From Lama glama (Eukaryota): a stretch of 64,000 nucleotides of DNA. Positions 1 to 13,767 of the stretch are shown here, one piece after another. Within the stretch, counting starts at the first letter, position 1. Every line of letters starts with the position of its first letter. The notes under the pieces are model-generated. The model did no database searches. It was not told the DNA's origin and was given only the letters and a program-made list of their open reading frames with translations. The DNA is taken from positions 40,922,001 through 40,986,000 of the forward strand of contig CM052816.1 of the NCBI GenBank assembly GCA_028534125.1, written 5' to 3'. Both the position numbers and the translations under genes were made by a program.

Positions 1-1180
1 TTTCTAGTACTGTATGTTGAAAAGACTATCACCACTCAGTCGAGTTTCCTTGGAACATTTGTGTACCTCAGTTGATCATATACAGATGGATCTGTTTCTG
101 GACTCTCTTTTATTCCATTCATCTGCATGTTTATCACCCTACCTAAATATCACCCTATCTGTGATAGTTAGTCTGGAAGTAAGTAGTATGAATGCTTTCT
201 AACAGTTCTCTTTCAAAATTGTGTTGGCTGTTCTAGATCCTTTAATTTTCCATGTACTTTTCAAAATTGAATGGTCCAATTTTAAAATGCATTCTGAAGT
301 TGTCATTGGAATTGCATTCCTAGATCAGTCATAGAATTTACATTTTTTCACAATCATGAATCTTCCAAGTCCATAAACATGCCTACCCCGAGGGCAGAAG
401 GTTTCTGCTCCCACCCTTCCCCTGGCAGCAGTGGATGTGAGTCTATATTGTGGGAGTGGGTCTAAGACAGGTTCCTACCCCTCCACCAAAGGCAGAAAGA
501 GTTTGCCTCTACCTCCAGCAGCAATGGAGTTTTGCATGGGCCTTGCTTTATAAGACGGAAAAGTTTGGGGAAATGAACAGGAATTATTTTCTGTCTCCCA
601 CCAGCAACCAATCACCTCTGACAGGCCAGCCTGGCTACATAATTTGTGACTCCCAGTACAAATTAAACACGCAGGGCTCCTGGTTCAAAAACTATTAATA
701 ATTTCAAGATGGTGACAGCAGACCGTTAAACCAGATGTAGAGCTCCTCTAAACGTAAGGCCTATGTGCCTTTATAGGATGCATGCCCACGACCTTGCCTA
801 CTTGTCTGTGCCACACACACTAAAAGGCTCTCTCAGAAAAAGGCTTACAAGTGAGTGCCAACTTCCCTTGCGACTGGGAACGCTAGACATCCCACACTAA
901 TATGCCAGCCCTACTTGGCCTTTGAGAATCTGTTAAAATTTTAGCTGATTTCTTCTCAAATGCTTTTATGGTAACCACCTATTTCTCCTTGTGTAGTGTG
1001 AAAGGTAAAGAATTAGTAAGTTCCAATCTTCCTAACAGGGGCTTATTACTCTTAGGAATTCGGTATATGTTGCTGCCTTCTGACTTCAGGAAAACTGATG
1101 ATTTTGTAGATTATCTTACTATTTTTTTTTTTTTTGGTCAGGCTGTCAGTGATGCTCTTCTTGAAGTTTCTACATGCTGT
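1..1180 (-). mobile_element. Old L1 (L1M-type) fragments
   Basis: Antisense L1 ORF2-like motifs (ttgaaaagactatc, gttggctgttctagatcctttaattttccatg, ttggaattgcatt) followed by sequence resembling an L1M 5' region. Confidence 0.55.
623..798 (+). mobile_element. MER45A-like hAT-Tip100 MITE
   Basis: gctacataatttgtg...cagggctcctggttcaaaaactattaataatttcaagatggtgacagcaga...catgcccacg follows the MER45A consensus. Confidence 0.7.
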
Positions 1181-1701
1181 GTCATTCCTTATCTCTTTAA
1201 ATGTATGATTATTTGCATTTTTCAATTAGCACACTTTTGAATGTCCTCTGAGCGACACAACTCCTCTTACCATTTAAGACTGTGTGTTTCAGTTCCCTTT
1301 CTCATTCACAGTGGTATCTGTCATTCTGGCGAGGATGGTCATGTCGTTTTCCATTCATTGTTTAAATTCATCTCAGATTTTATTTTTCCTTGTTTAGCAA
1401 AAGGTGAGGAAAATTTGAAGAAAAAACTTATGGCACTGTTTTATCTCAGATTTATCAGTGAATAAATACTGTCCTCAAGCAAATTTTTGAATTACTAGTT
1501 GCTTAGTTACTGCCTTTTAGATTTCCAGGTAAACATATCTCCAAATAATGGTGGCATTAACGTCTTCACTGTAATCTGTTTATCATTTTAACCTGTTTCC
1601 CTTGTTCAACCATATTGCTTAGTGTCTCCAAAACAACTCTGAGTGGTGGTGAGCATGTAAGCTGTGTTACTCTAGGTTCAGTGGAACATCATCTAAGGTT
1701 T

Positions 1702-2257
1702 TGTTAGGCTGTTAGATAAGTGGGGACACTGGGCAGATAGGTGAAGGAGAGGGAGGAAGGTCCGGTTATGCCTGCCTCCAGGATAAAGGGACTTTACTTC
1801 CTCTAAGTGAGTGCCAGCAAGAAAGCAGTTAGACCCCGACAGCCACAGCTGTGCAGCAGCAGGAAGGACCCAAGCGGACATGACCCAGTGCTCACTGTAA
1901 TATAACTAGCACTGCGGTTCAGGCCGCCCATGGATTTTTCTGTGAACATCATGGGTAAGGACATGTGCAAAGGGGACACACATGATTAAGCACTCCAGGG
2001 GCAAGAGCCATCAATCAATCAAGAGACCACCTCTAAGCGGGAATATAAGAGAAGGGGCAAACAAAGAGCATCGCTTTTCCGCCCTTGGATCAGCCCGCCT
2101 CCCGTTCTTGGAGGTGTACCTTCCCTTTGCTAATAAATCCTTTCACTGCACTACTAATAAAATCTTTCACTACACAACACTCAGTTCCCCATCTAAATTC
2201 GTCTCTCTCAGGTACTACAAGAACTGGGGTCTTTTCCCTTCCCCTTTTGGGCTAACA
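1702..2257 (+). mobile_element. ERV1-class solo LTR
   Basis: TG...CA termini, 4-bp TSD gttt/gctt, TATAA and AATAAA boxes. Shares blocks with the LTR at 6659-7212 (tgagtgccagcaagaaa, gacatgacccagtgctca, tagcactg). Confidence 0.8.
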
Positions 2258-2319
2258 GCTTCACTATTACACATGATTCTAGTTATATATTTGATATTTA
2301 CAGATATGTTTCCATGCAT

Positions 2320-3160
2320 TTACCCAGCAAGTGTTTATTAAGCATCTATTACATGTCTGACTCTATTCTAGTCATGGAGGATACAGCTGTAAATAAACTG
2401 CATTTGCTTTCATACATATTAGTAGGGAAGACGGGCAATAATTATAAACAAATACACATTACATGTTAAAAAATGATAAAAGCTATGAAAAAAAAAAAGA
2501 GGGAAGAAGGGATTGCACTGGTTTGTTTGGGCTGCCGTAATAAAATAGCATACACTGGGTAGCTTAAACAATGAAAAATGTATTTCTCACACTTCTGGAA
2601 ACTGGGAAGTCCAAGATCAAAGTCCCAGAGGGTGAGAGCCCGCTTCCTGACTTACAGACTACTTTCTAACTGTGTCCTCGCATGTTGCAGAGAGAGAGCT
2701 CTGGTGTCTCTTCCACATATAAGGGCGCACCAGCCGTACTGGATTAGGGCCCTACGCCTATGACCTCATTTTACCATTATCACATCATCATAGGCCCTGT
2801 TTCTGGAGACAGTCACACTGGTTAGGACTTCAAGATAAGAGGTTAGGAGAAATCCAAACATCCAGTCCATACCAGGGGTTGAAGGTGGAATGTATTTTAT
2901 ATAGGGTGGTAAGCAAAAGCCTTTCTGAAAGGGTGATATTTGTGCTTAGAACTAAAGTTAGTAAGGGATTGTTGTGGCCATGAGGAGAGGGACATTCTGA
3001 GAAAGAAACACCAGTGAGTACAAAGGTCCTGACCTGCAGTGAGGGCTTGCTTGCTATGCAAGAAATAGCATAAAAACCAGAATGAGTACAGCAAGAGAGA
3101 AGTAGGAGGTAACGTTAGAGAAGTGATGGGAATGGAGGTCACAGAGGGAGCTCGTCTCTG
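2320..3160 (-). mobile_element. L2 3' fragment interrupted by MLT1
   Basis: L2 tail motif cagcaagtgtttattaagcatctattacatg and the internal motif gcctttctgaaagggtgatatttgtgc...caaaggtcctg. Confidence 0.6.
2514..2874 (-). mobile_element. MLT1 (ERVL-MaLR) solo LTR
   Basis: gggctgccgtaataaaatagcatacactgggtagcttaaacaa...tttctcacacttctggaaactgggaagtccaagatcaa, the antisense MLT1 signature. Confidence 0.8.
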
Positions 3161-4764
3161 TTAATTCTGGATGAATTAGACTGATTAACTATTCTACGCC
3201 TTCTCATCTATGCGATCAACGTTTACAGACAGAGGGTTGAACAAGATGATTCGCTATAATTATTTTGATTTGCTTGTATTTGTGATTGTTTTTGTATTCT
3301 CATCACATTCTAATGTTTATGCTTTATACGTTTTTTCTTTGTTTGCTGAGCTCACATTCCAGTTAATTAAAAGAACCAATTTTATGTTGATTTACTGATC
3401 CTACCATTTTAATTCTAACGTATTAATTTCCATTTGATCTTTGCCACATCTTTTTGTCCTCAGGCTTTCCCTAAATTTATTGTTTCTTTTTTATAACACT
3501 TATGTTGAATTCTAAATTCATTTATTTTCATTCATACTACTGCTTAAATGGAATCTCATAGGCCTTTAAAAGTAGTCTTTCCATTTCTATATATATCTGT
3601 ATCTTTAGAAATTTTATTTCCTTGTACATTCTAAAACAAAATTTCTATGTATACTGAAATTTTGTTTCTTTGTTTCATGCAGTAATGTTTGTTTCCTAAC
3701 TTAGAGTTAATTTCAATATGTTGACTTCAGAAACAGACTATTTTTCATACTATTTCCATGTTTAAAATTGATATTTTCCTAAATTTTGATCTAGTTTTGT
3801 GTCTGTTCTATGAACATGTCGGGGTAAAAAATGTTTTCTTCTCTGCCTTCAGAACACAGAATTCAATATATTAAAAATGAGTTCTACCTTGTAGTTACTC
3901 GTCTTTTATATTTTTACTTACATTTTGTCTATTTAAATTGTCATTTATTGAAAGAAGTGAATTAAAGTCCTCTCATATTATTATGTTTTGCTGCCTTCTT
4001 CAGTTTTAGATTTTCTCCATAACAGTATTAATTACCCACGATTATTTTCTCTTTCACCAGTAAGGATATCAGCTCCATGAAAGCAGAGGAAGATTTTTGT
4101 TTGTTTACTTGTTTACCACGTAACCTGAAAGCCTAGAAGATTGGCTGACATAAAAGGGGCTCATTAAGTGAACGAATAATATGATATTATTTGGAGCATG
4201 AATATTCATGGCAGATGTATTGTTTGGGTTTCTATAATATATTGTTGCCTCTTTTAATATTTTTGCTCTTAATTCAATTTAATCCATTATTAAGAATATG
4301 ACTCTTAATTCCTTTCAGTTTGCATTTTTCTTGTTTACTTTTTACTCATTTGGTTTTTCTTTTATTTTCCTTCAACTTTTCTAAGTCATTTTGTTATAGA
4401 TGTGTTCTCACAAATAATATGTGCTTGAGTTTTGCTTTATACTCCAATTTGAATGAGATTTCCCTGTAAGTGATGTTTCTATTCCATTTATGTATGCTGA
4501 TTTGAATGAGATTATTCATTGTTTTGTCAACTGTTTTATTATCCTTTGTTTTGGTGATTCTTTTCTATTTTATTATTTATTGTATAATCTGTTTTTCCTT
4601 TTTATATTAAATAATCGTTTCTTCTAATAGTTCACATATTTGCAATCATATATTTCTCTGGTCACAATCTATTACTATTTTTTATGTTTACAATAGCAAA
4701 TATTGAAGAAGTATTTCATAAACATCAGATTATCCTTTAAGAAACAGAATTTTCAATTTGACCC

Positions 4765-5240
4765 TCACAAAATTAGAGACTGTTTGATTTGGAAGGAACA
4801 TCAATCCAACCACCTCTCTAGTGAAAGAATTATTTCCACAGCATCTTTGACAAGTGCACATACAGCCCTTGACTGGATTCCCCCTCCAGCACAAAGGGCT
4901 CACCAATCTGAGAGACTCCATTCTTCCTGCTGGCGAGTTCCAACGTTTATTGCGTGATTTCATCCAGTAAGACAAATCCTGCTCCTAAGCAATCTCAGCT
5001 TCTCATCCTGGTTCTCATTCCTGTCACATGCTCAAATAACTAGCTCAGTTCTTCCCACTTTCTTTACCAATTCCTCACAGGTAAGACAGCCTGATCTTCA
5101 ACTGTTGCAAACACCAGCTTCTATATGGCCTACTTTGTCAATGTTCCTTTTACATACAACATTCAGTACAGCTTAATGCTGGAAATATATCATTCCCAGT
5201 TAAGAAGAGCGTAGTATCATTACCTCATCTAAGCTATACT
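4765..5240 (-). mobile_element. L3/CR1 3' fragment
   Basis: ggaaggaacatcaatccaacc...cagcccttgactggattcccctccagcacaaagggctcacc resembles the antisense L3/CR1 3' end. Confidence 0.5.
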
Positions 5241-6414
5241 TCATGTGTGTTAGTTCAATCTAGAACAACTTTGCGGGGTTTTTAGTAGTCAAATTAAAAA
5301 GATAGTTCCAATCTTTTCAAACACATCAGAAGGAAAGAAAGGAAATCTATAGGTAACAGCAAAAGTAATGTTAATTTAATTTCTCTTTACCTAACCATTT
5401 ATGAAGATGATTATTGCATTAAGTATAATAAATTACATATCTTTCTGGAAGATAAAGTTCAGATAGGACCAGACTGAGAGAAGAAACATGCTCCCAGTTC
5501 AGTAGGGTCAGGGGATGGGCCAAACTATAATTTAAGTGCATTCTTCAACAGAACCCAGAAAACTTTCGAGCACAGAGAAGCAAGGTCTAGGGGAAACTAT
5601 AAATAGAGGAAATTCAAAAACTTGGGTGTATATAAGCACTATGTAACATTCCCACTACCCAATATACAAGACTTCAGAAAGTATTTCCAGCTGCCATTTA
5701 TCAGAGGTGATGTAATAATGACAAGGAAGGCACTGGCAAAGTGTTCCTAAGATTGTTACTGAGTAAGGCTGAGAGTCAACAGTCCTCTATCAACTAACAG
5801 TCACAATGGAAGAAGAGGAAACTTTGGGAGAAAGGATCCCATTTGTGTTCTCAAATACATGAACACATTGAATCTATGCAACAGGAGCCACTGGCAACAG
5901 CAAAGAACCCACTCAGGTGAAAATCACAACTGTCAAAATAAAACCAGGAAACAGGAAACAAACTGATTACCGAATACTGCAAAATTCCAATCAGTTATTT
6001 TGAGAGTTGGCTTAAAATAATATGCCAGAACTTGGGAGAAAATGTGATGAAGAGAAAGAGATGAGTAAAAGGATATGTAAAGGGATCATTAAAAAACACA
6101 ATTTAAGTACTTTGTACTTGGATCTATGACGTCTGGATGTTTCCACTGTTGCCCATTTTTTAGTCATTCAAGGAACATGCTAGGTTTTAGGTGGATCCTA
6201 AGATTTACATATTTATTTGTTATATCTTAGACCCTTTTCCTCCTCCCTCTCCCTCCCATATATCTTTATATATTATGTATAAAAATGCTTTTCTACCTTG
6301 AAGTCACAGATATTCTGTTGTAGAAGCACAGATATTTAAAATGCATTGATTTTTTTTCCACACAGTTAATAATTTTGGAGGCACCCAGTTTAAATATCTC
6401 AAGTAGCTCATGGT

Positions 6415-7313
6415 AGTTGTCCTAGTCTGTTGCGGTTGTTCTAACAAAATACTACAGACTGGGTAGCTTAAGGACAGAAATATATTTCTCATAGCACTGG
6501 AGGCTAGAGGTCTGCTGTCAGGCTAGCAGCATGATTGGGTGAGGGTTCTCCTTCTGAGCTGCAGGCTTCTCATTATATGCTTACATGGTGCAAGAGGGCA
6601 AGAAGCCTCTGTGATGAAGACATTAACCTTGCTGATGAGGGCTCTGCCATCATGACCTTGTTAGGCAGTCAGATAGGTAGGGGCACCAGGCAAGGGGAGC
6701 AGAAAGGGGAGGGAACAATCCAGAAGGTAATGGTACGCCAGCCGTCAGAATAAGGGGCTTCAAAGAGTTTTACTTTCTCTAAATGAGTGCCAACAAAGAA
6801 ACCAGATAAAACTGGACAGCTGCAACTGTGCAGTAGAGAAGGAGCTGATCTGACATGACCCAGTGCTCATTGTAATGTAATTAGCACTGTGGTTTAGGCC
6901 CTTCCATGGCTTTTCTGTATGTGTTGTGGGGAAGGACATGCACAATAAGGAAAATGTTATACAACCTACACATGGCACTCAAATGATGTCAACGATCAAA
7001 TTAGCTTAAGACAGCCCCTAGACAATCACACAAAAGATACAGGGACTGGGTGAGTCACTCCTTTTCCTCTTTTGGATCAGCTCACCTTTAGCCCTCAGAG
7101 GTGTGCTTTCACTTTGCTAATAAACCCTTTGTTTACACAACACTTTGGTCTCCTGTCTGAATTCTCTTTCAAGTAAGACAAGAACTGGGCTTTTCCCCTC
7201 CTTGGGGGAACAACCTGATCACCTTCCAAAAGCCCCACCTCCTAATACCATCACACTGATCATTAGGATTTCAACATATTTGAGGGGGCCACAAACAGTT
7301 ACACCATCGCAAC
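6415..7313 (-). mobile_element. MLT1 solo LTR split by a younger ERV1 LTR
   Basis: Antisense MLT1 5' part (acaaaatactacagactgggtagcttaag) and 3' part (gatcaccttccaaaagccccacctcctaataccatcac) flank the 6659-7212 insertion. Confidence 0.8.
6659..7212 (+). mobile_element. ERV1-class solo LTR nested in MLT1
   Basis: TG...CA termini, perfect TSD acct/acct, AATAAA. Same family as 1702-2257. Confidence 0.85.
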
Positions 7314-7639
7314 AGTATAGACAATTGTACTTAGAAATTGCTAGTTTTGTGTCTACTAAACCACTATGGCCCAACTGTGAGACAGTTGTAACAGCTGAAT
7401 GAATTTGGCCATCCAAGTTCCCCATGCTTACACCTGTATGCCCCATCTACCACCCACTTTGGTGAATAAACCCAGGTCAAGATTGCTAACAATCCGTGCA
7501 GCCAAATGCCCTTAGAGAATATCATGAAATTGGACATTATATAATGACTGTCATGATCAATTCAAATTTACTTAAAATAATGAGCTCTCTCCTGGAGTCT
7601 CATTTCTCTGCATTGCTCTACTTTGTACTTTCTGCCACT

Positions 7640-9900
7640 TTACTGTCACATCTTTGAGGAAACAAAAACTTTCATTCTTTGCTCAGTCATCTCCCCATGA
7701 CAAGATAGCAAATCCAGTGTCTGCTTTTAGTCTCTACTTCTTCCTTTCTGATGAACGAAACGTTTTGGGCTTTTCTTTTTCCTATCTTAGGTAAATCTTT
7801 TCCTCTATTGCACTCAATAAAGGATTTTATTTTCTCAGTCTTTCCTTTTCCCTCTCAACTTACCGGTATCTCCCTATTAGAATTATTCTCATCAACATAA
7901 AAGCTGCTCTTAGGTTAAGTAGCTTTAACCTCCTTTGACTTTAAATTCCCTACCAGAGAAAGTTCTCCATAAACTTATGCAGAAAATTGCTTACAGTCCT
8001 CACCTCCCCTTGCTGACATCACATCCCTCCTCACAGCACTCAACCTGACTCATCCACTCCCATTCATCAACCACTTAAGTGAATCCCATTCAACAGATTA
8101 CTAATAGCCTTCATCTCTTCAAAGCCAGTATATACTTCCATATATTTATTTAACAAAGCAGCAGTAAAACAGGTGGCTTCCTACTTGATAAATTGCTTTT
8201 CTCTTGGGATCTATGACAATACTTAATTTTAATTTCTCTGTCTTCTCCTTTATACTCTTCTATGCAAATTTCTCCAAGTTAGCCAGACCTTAAAATGTCA
8301 TTTATTGGGATTTTGTGCTGACCCCACCTTCTCTCTCTATACTGTCTCTGTAGATAATCTCATTCTAATGATATTAAAAACTGTTGGCTTAGTCATGAAT
8401 GTCAGATTTTTTCAATTTCTTTTCTCAGCTATATTCACCTGTATTCTTGAGCTCAACATGCTGACATCTAAACTCTTGATTTTCCCTCCATCAAATTGTA
8501 CCCTTCTAATCTTTTAGTTGCTCAAGTTGAAAAATGTTCAAGTTACTGTAGAGCAGATTACCATATACTGGTTATCTATCCCAGAAGTGTAGAGTCCTGT
8601 GTACTGGTTACCATCCCAGAGGAGGACTCTAAATACCTCTGCCCACTGCATCTTGATAAAGGAGTTGTCAAGGAAAACAGAACACAGTCAAAAACTGGCT
8701 AGAATAATGCCTTACTCACATAGAGAAGAGACAGAGCCAGATCAGCTTCTGTAGTGAACATCAGTCCTGCACGGCCAGTGGGTCTCTCCAGGCAATGGTC
8801 ACAGGACAGCCTGCCCATATGCATCCCTCTTGTGCCACAGTAGAAAGGATCCTGTTGCCTTCCCCTTGAAAGACAAATACAACAATAAGGTTGGCCAGGG
8901 ACCATATGACATACACACTTTAAGCAGAGAATCTAAGAGTAATCACTTAGCCTGAAACATGGAAAGATATTCCCACACAAGGTGATGCATCTAGCACATG
9001 CTCTGTGGGCTCTTTATTTCCTGGTAAGGAAGTGTTCCAAGCCCAAGGTCCATCGTTACATGACTGCATGGGAATGAAAAGGCTGCATGCACTTGACTGC
9101 CTTTCCCCATAGTTATCCTTCTTTTCTACACCCCCTTCCATCAAGTCATGTTTACCCCAGGTGTTAATCAGAGCCAGTTCACTTTTCTCTACGTCCACTG
9201 CCACAACCTTAGACCAAGTCACTCTGACAGCCTATGTAGGAGACTGTGGTATCTAAGTGGTCTCCTCCCTTCCTCTTTTCCTTTCTCTCAAATTCATTCT
9301 CCACAGAATACTCAGACTATAATTACAAAACAAACAAACAAACAAATCAGATTCTGCAAGTCTCTTGTTGAAAAAAATTGAATTACCCTTCATGTAAAAT
9401 ACAATATATGACAACTGCCAATAGATATCTGTGGGCCCTGCTAACTTACTCGATCTCACACAACACGCTCTCCCTTTTACTCACTAGGGTCCAGCCACCC
9501 TAGTTCCTTGAATCTGCACAATGGTTGCCTGTCTTAGGGTCTTTGAAATGTTGGTTCCTCTCCCTGCAATGCTTCTGGCATAGATGTAGACAAGGCTGAT
9601 TTCTTTTTATAATGCAGGCTTCACCTTTAATTTCAACTTCTCAGAAAGGCCCTCTTGGCCATCTTAAGAGGTCTCCATTACTAGTATCCACCATTCTTCA
9701 TTTTTTTTTTTACAGCCTTCTGTAATTGTTGAAAATTTGTACTACCATTTAAAAATTGTGACTTGTGATTCTTCCCTTCACTTCGATATGCTCTGATTTA
9801 TCATGAGAGAAAATTGTGTCATAGCCATTTTTTTTCTAACAGTTTCTTGCACTTAGCAAGTACCCAGAAACATCTTTGCTATTAACTGATTTCTGCTAGA
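7640..9900 (+). mobile_element. L2 ORF2/3' fragments
   Basis: L2-like motifs (tagccttcatctcttcaaagccag, ctcaacatgctgacatctaaactcttgattttccc, ttctcagaaaggccctc), interrupted by the LTR at 8547-9111. Confidence 0.55.
8547..9111 (-). mobile_element. ERVL-class solo LTR (MER74/LTR53-like)
   Basis: The antisense start reads tatggggaaaggcagtcaagtgcatgcagcc. 5-bp TSD gttac/gttat, typical of ERVL. Family name is tentative. Confidence 0.65.
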
Positions 9901-10183
9901 AATATGAACTGAAAATTGAAATACTAAACAATTCAAGGCTAGAATAATTAATCAAATGATAAACAAAAACACTCTCAAAGTCCTCTCTTATGAAACACCC
10001 AGACAAGTATTTGAATAATCCATACAATTCCTTGATGCATACATTTCTCTCTACTACGGACATTCATGGAATTGTTTTCAATCTTAAAATAAGTTTTTTT
10101 TAAAATTTGCAAAATTGTCCTGGTCATGATGTTTGTGTCACCTGCTAAATACTATACCTGTTTGGATTCAATCAGTACATTTT

Positions 10184-11435
10184 TCTTTAATTTTTATTTT
10201 TCATTGAAGTATAGCTGATACACATGGTTCAGGTGCACAGCGAAGTAATTCAGTTTTATATATAGTTTTTTTTCAGATTCTTTTCTGTTATAGGTTATTA
10301 CAAGATATTGAATATAGTTCCTGGTGCTATATAGTAGGTTCTTGTTTATCTGTTTTATATGTATTAGTATATAGATGTTAATCTCAAATTCCTAAATTAT
10401 TCCTCCCCCCTACCCCTTTCCACTTTGGTAACCATAGTTTGTTTTCTGTCTGTGAGTCTATTTATGGTTTGTAAATAAGTTCATTTGTATCACATTTTTT
10501 CAGATTCCAATATAAGTGATATATGATGTTTGTCTTTCTCTTTCTGATGTATTTCACTTAATATGATAATCTCTAGGTCCACCCATTTTTCTGCAAATGG
10601 CATTATTTCATTCTTTTTTATGGAGTAATAGTCGATTGTGTGTGTGTGGTGTGCCTTTCTTTTCCAGTCATCTGCTGATTGACATTAGGTTGCTTCCATC
10701 CCTTGACTACTGTAAATAGTGTTGCTATGAACATGTATCTTTTTGAGTTAGAGTTTTCCCTGAGTATAAGCCCATGAGTGGGATTGCTGGATCATACATA
10801 TGGTAACTAGGTTTTTAGTTTTTTAAGGAACCTCCATGCTGTTCTCCATAGTAGCTGCACCCAATTTACATTCCCACCAACAGTGCAGGAGGGTTCCCTT
10901 CTTTCCACACCCTCTCCAGTGTTTTATTTGTAGACTTTTTCATGTTGGCATTCTGAGATGTGTGAGGTGGTACCTCACTGTAGTTTTGATTTGCACGTCC
11001 CTAAAAATTAGTGATGCAGAGCATCTTTTCATGTGCCTGTTGACCATCTGTATGTCTTCTCTGGAGAAATATCTATTTAGATCTTCTGTCCATTTTTTGA
11101 TTGGGTTGTTTGGTTTTTTTTGATATTGAGCTACATGAGCTGTTTGTGTTTTTTGGAAATTAAACCCTGTCGATCACACCGTTTGCAATTTTCTCCCATT
11201 CTGTAGGCTGTCTTTTTACTTTGTTCGTGGTTTCCTTCACCGTGAAAAAGCTTTTAAGTTTAATCAGGTCCCATTTGCTTATTTTTACTTTTGTTTCCAT
11301 TAGTCTAGGAGACGGATCCAGAAAAATACTGCTGCGATTTAGGTAAAAGAGTGTCCTGCCAATGTTTTCCTCTAGGAGTTTTATAGTATTCATTCTTAGC
11401 TTTAGGGCTTTAATCCATTTTGAGTTTATTATTCA
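10184..11435 (-). mobile_element. 5'-truncated L1 (ORF2 C-terminus + 3' UTR)
   Basis: ORF2 peptide IKLLEENIGRTL...KWDLIKLKSF, T-rich tail, TSD tcaatcagtacatttt/tcaatcaatacatctt. Confidence 0.9.
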
Positions 11436-12309
11436 TCAATCAATACATCTTTATATAGAACAGTAACAAAATATTATTTCTAATAATAACATTTAATTAA
11501 TTCATGAAGGATTTTGATAATTTTAGAAAGCTTCAATATAACTATGAAATTGTAGGATCAGATAAGGAATGCTCTGTCAGTGCTTGGGGAAAGCAGATAA
11601 AAGAGTGGAAAATTGATTATGTAATATTTTGTGTGTGGGAGAGGACCTTGTCCTAACAATTCAGTATCTATAATACAGAATATAAAAGAACCATTGTTTG
11701 AAAGCTGGGACAATTTTTCTTTGAACAGTAGTATTTTACTTTTCTGCAATTATGGAATTAAGTGATTTCCAATTATCTAATTGTATGACTCTATTTCACG
11801 AAGTCCTTGAGTCAAATTGTCTCCTTAAGTGTGCACAGTGACTCCCAGAATAACTCTAACAAACAAAAAATATACAAAGAATTATTAAAAGGAAAAAAAG
11901 AATACTGCCAGAATCATAAGGGAGAGAAATTTCAAGTTTTCTTATTTTTTCCAATTTTTTTCCTTTTCAACCTAGTCAGCTGATAGAGCTGACCTTTCTC
12001 TCATGCTTCTTATAAATATAAGTTTCCAAAGATCATTTGTCTATACCATGTGTTTATGATGAAAATAAAAGAGAAAAAGGATGAAAATAAAAGATGACAG
12101 TGGAGTGACTTTTAAAAATATTATTTATCAATGTTTATACTCTCCTTACCTCTCTGTAATCAACAAGTTTGAACATTTATTAATGGTCGCATGGGATGGT
12201 AAAACAATTATTTTCAATACTATTTCTAAAACTAACCACTTCATTGCTTCTATATAGATTTACTTCATAGGACAGATGAACAAAACCAAGAGGCTAGGAG
12301 AGAAGGCAT

Positions 12310-13200
12310 GTCCACTAAGAGGTATTTGAGTGACTAGTTTGTGCTAAGCACTGATCTAGATTGTGAGGATGCAGTAATAAATATAGCATCAAAGATCTGA
12401 GCTTTATGGGGCTTAATTGTGGCAACGAACATGATTTCTATTTAAGATACATATTTTAAAGAAAAAATGAGATGCTATGCAAATGACTTCAGGCTGAATG
12501 ACCAGGGAGGCCTCTCTGAGGAGGTAACATGATCCAAGATGCAAATGATGAGAGGAAGTCTTGGGGAATATCAATACAAAGTTCATAGGATGGGGAAGGA
12601 CTTGGCAAGTTTAAGAAACAAAAAGAAAGCCAGCGTGGCTGGAGCACAAGGAAGAAGGGGGAACGGGCACTGGACGAAAGCAGAGAAGAAAATGGAAACT
12701 TCTTAATGTAGGATCTTGTAAGAAGTCCACGGTGAATTCTGGACTTTACTCTCAGAACAATGGGGATCCAGGGATAGTTTTTGTTTTGTTTTGTTTTAAA
12801 AGTCGTTTGTTTGGTTGGTTTTTCACAAAGAACAAAGTAGGTATTTACTGTGCATAATTTGATGAATTTGGACACTATGTAAAAGCCCATGATCCCATCA
12901 CCAAAATTAAAGTGACAGATTTATCAGGCACCTCTCAGTTCCTGGTGTCCCTTGGTTTTGGAGGGTTTTTTTGTTTGTTTGTTTGTTTTTGGTTTGTTTG
13001 TTTGTTTTAGGTGAAAGAGGACAAAAATGAGTATGAATGCCAAGAGAAAAGTGGATTAAAAGGAGTCGGGGATAATCTTGGAAAAAGGAAGGTCACTTAA
13101 AGGTTACTGCTTCAGGAAATGTGAGAAGGAATGATGGCAATGAAGATGGAGAAAAGGAGACAGATTTAGGGTATATGTTAGAGGCTGGGCATCTAGAAGT
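12310..13200 (-). mobile_element. L2 fragments with an L1M 3'-end insert (~12820-12960)
   Basis: cagggaggcctctctgaggaggtaacat and gaattctggactttactctcag (L2). aatttgatgaatttggac...ccatcacc (L1M tail). Confidence 0.55.
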
Positions 13201-13286
13201 TAACATTATATTAGGTTTCTATTCTAATCAAAAATGCACATTTTACATACAGTTGCAAGAGAAAAAAAACCGGAATGGTTACCTAC

Positions 13287-13767
13287 TGTGAACAAAAAAT
13301 ACTACAAACCATATCAGTAAACAAAGAATGCTGAAACCACCAAGTCATCAGCAGCTGTCGCCACGCCCCAGTGAAGACAAGCCTGTAGCCCAGCCTCTGC
13401 AGCCACTCACAGTGGTGCCCTCTGAGCAGACTCACAATAAGAAAGGACAGGATACTGGCCCTAGATAGCTAGGTGCTTGTCAAAGGAATGAATTCAATGA
13501 GCCCAAACATTTGCTGCTTCCTCCCATACACAGAAAAGCGCTAAATTCTTTAACTTGAGATGCCTGGTTTTCTTTAGATAACAAGTAATCTTTTATTGTT
13601 CCAACTACCTGGTCTTTGTTGTAAAGCTCCTATATATCCTAGCTCCTTCCCTTCCTTTTGGGGAGCAGTCCCTCAGAACCATCTGAGAGGCTGTCATCCC
13701 GGCTCGAGTCCTCCCGCCAAATAAAACATAACTCAACTTTTAGGCTATGCATTTATTTCAGTCCACA
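13287..13767 (+). mobile_element. ERV1 solo LTR (MER41-like)
   Basis: TG...CA termini, TSD ctac/ctat, tatata box, and the end motif aaataaaacataactcaacttttaggct. Confidence 0.8.

Noticed and set aside
11560..11602. Two GATAA motifs ~35 bp apart
   Set aside because: Expected by chance in AT-rich DNA, with no further support.
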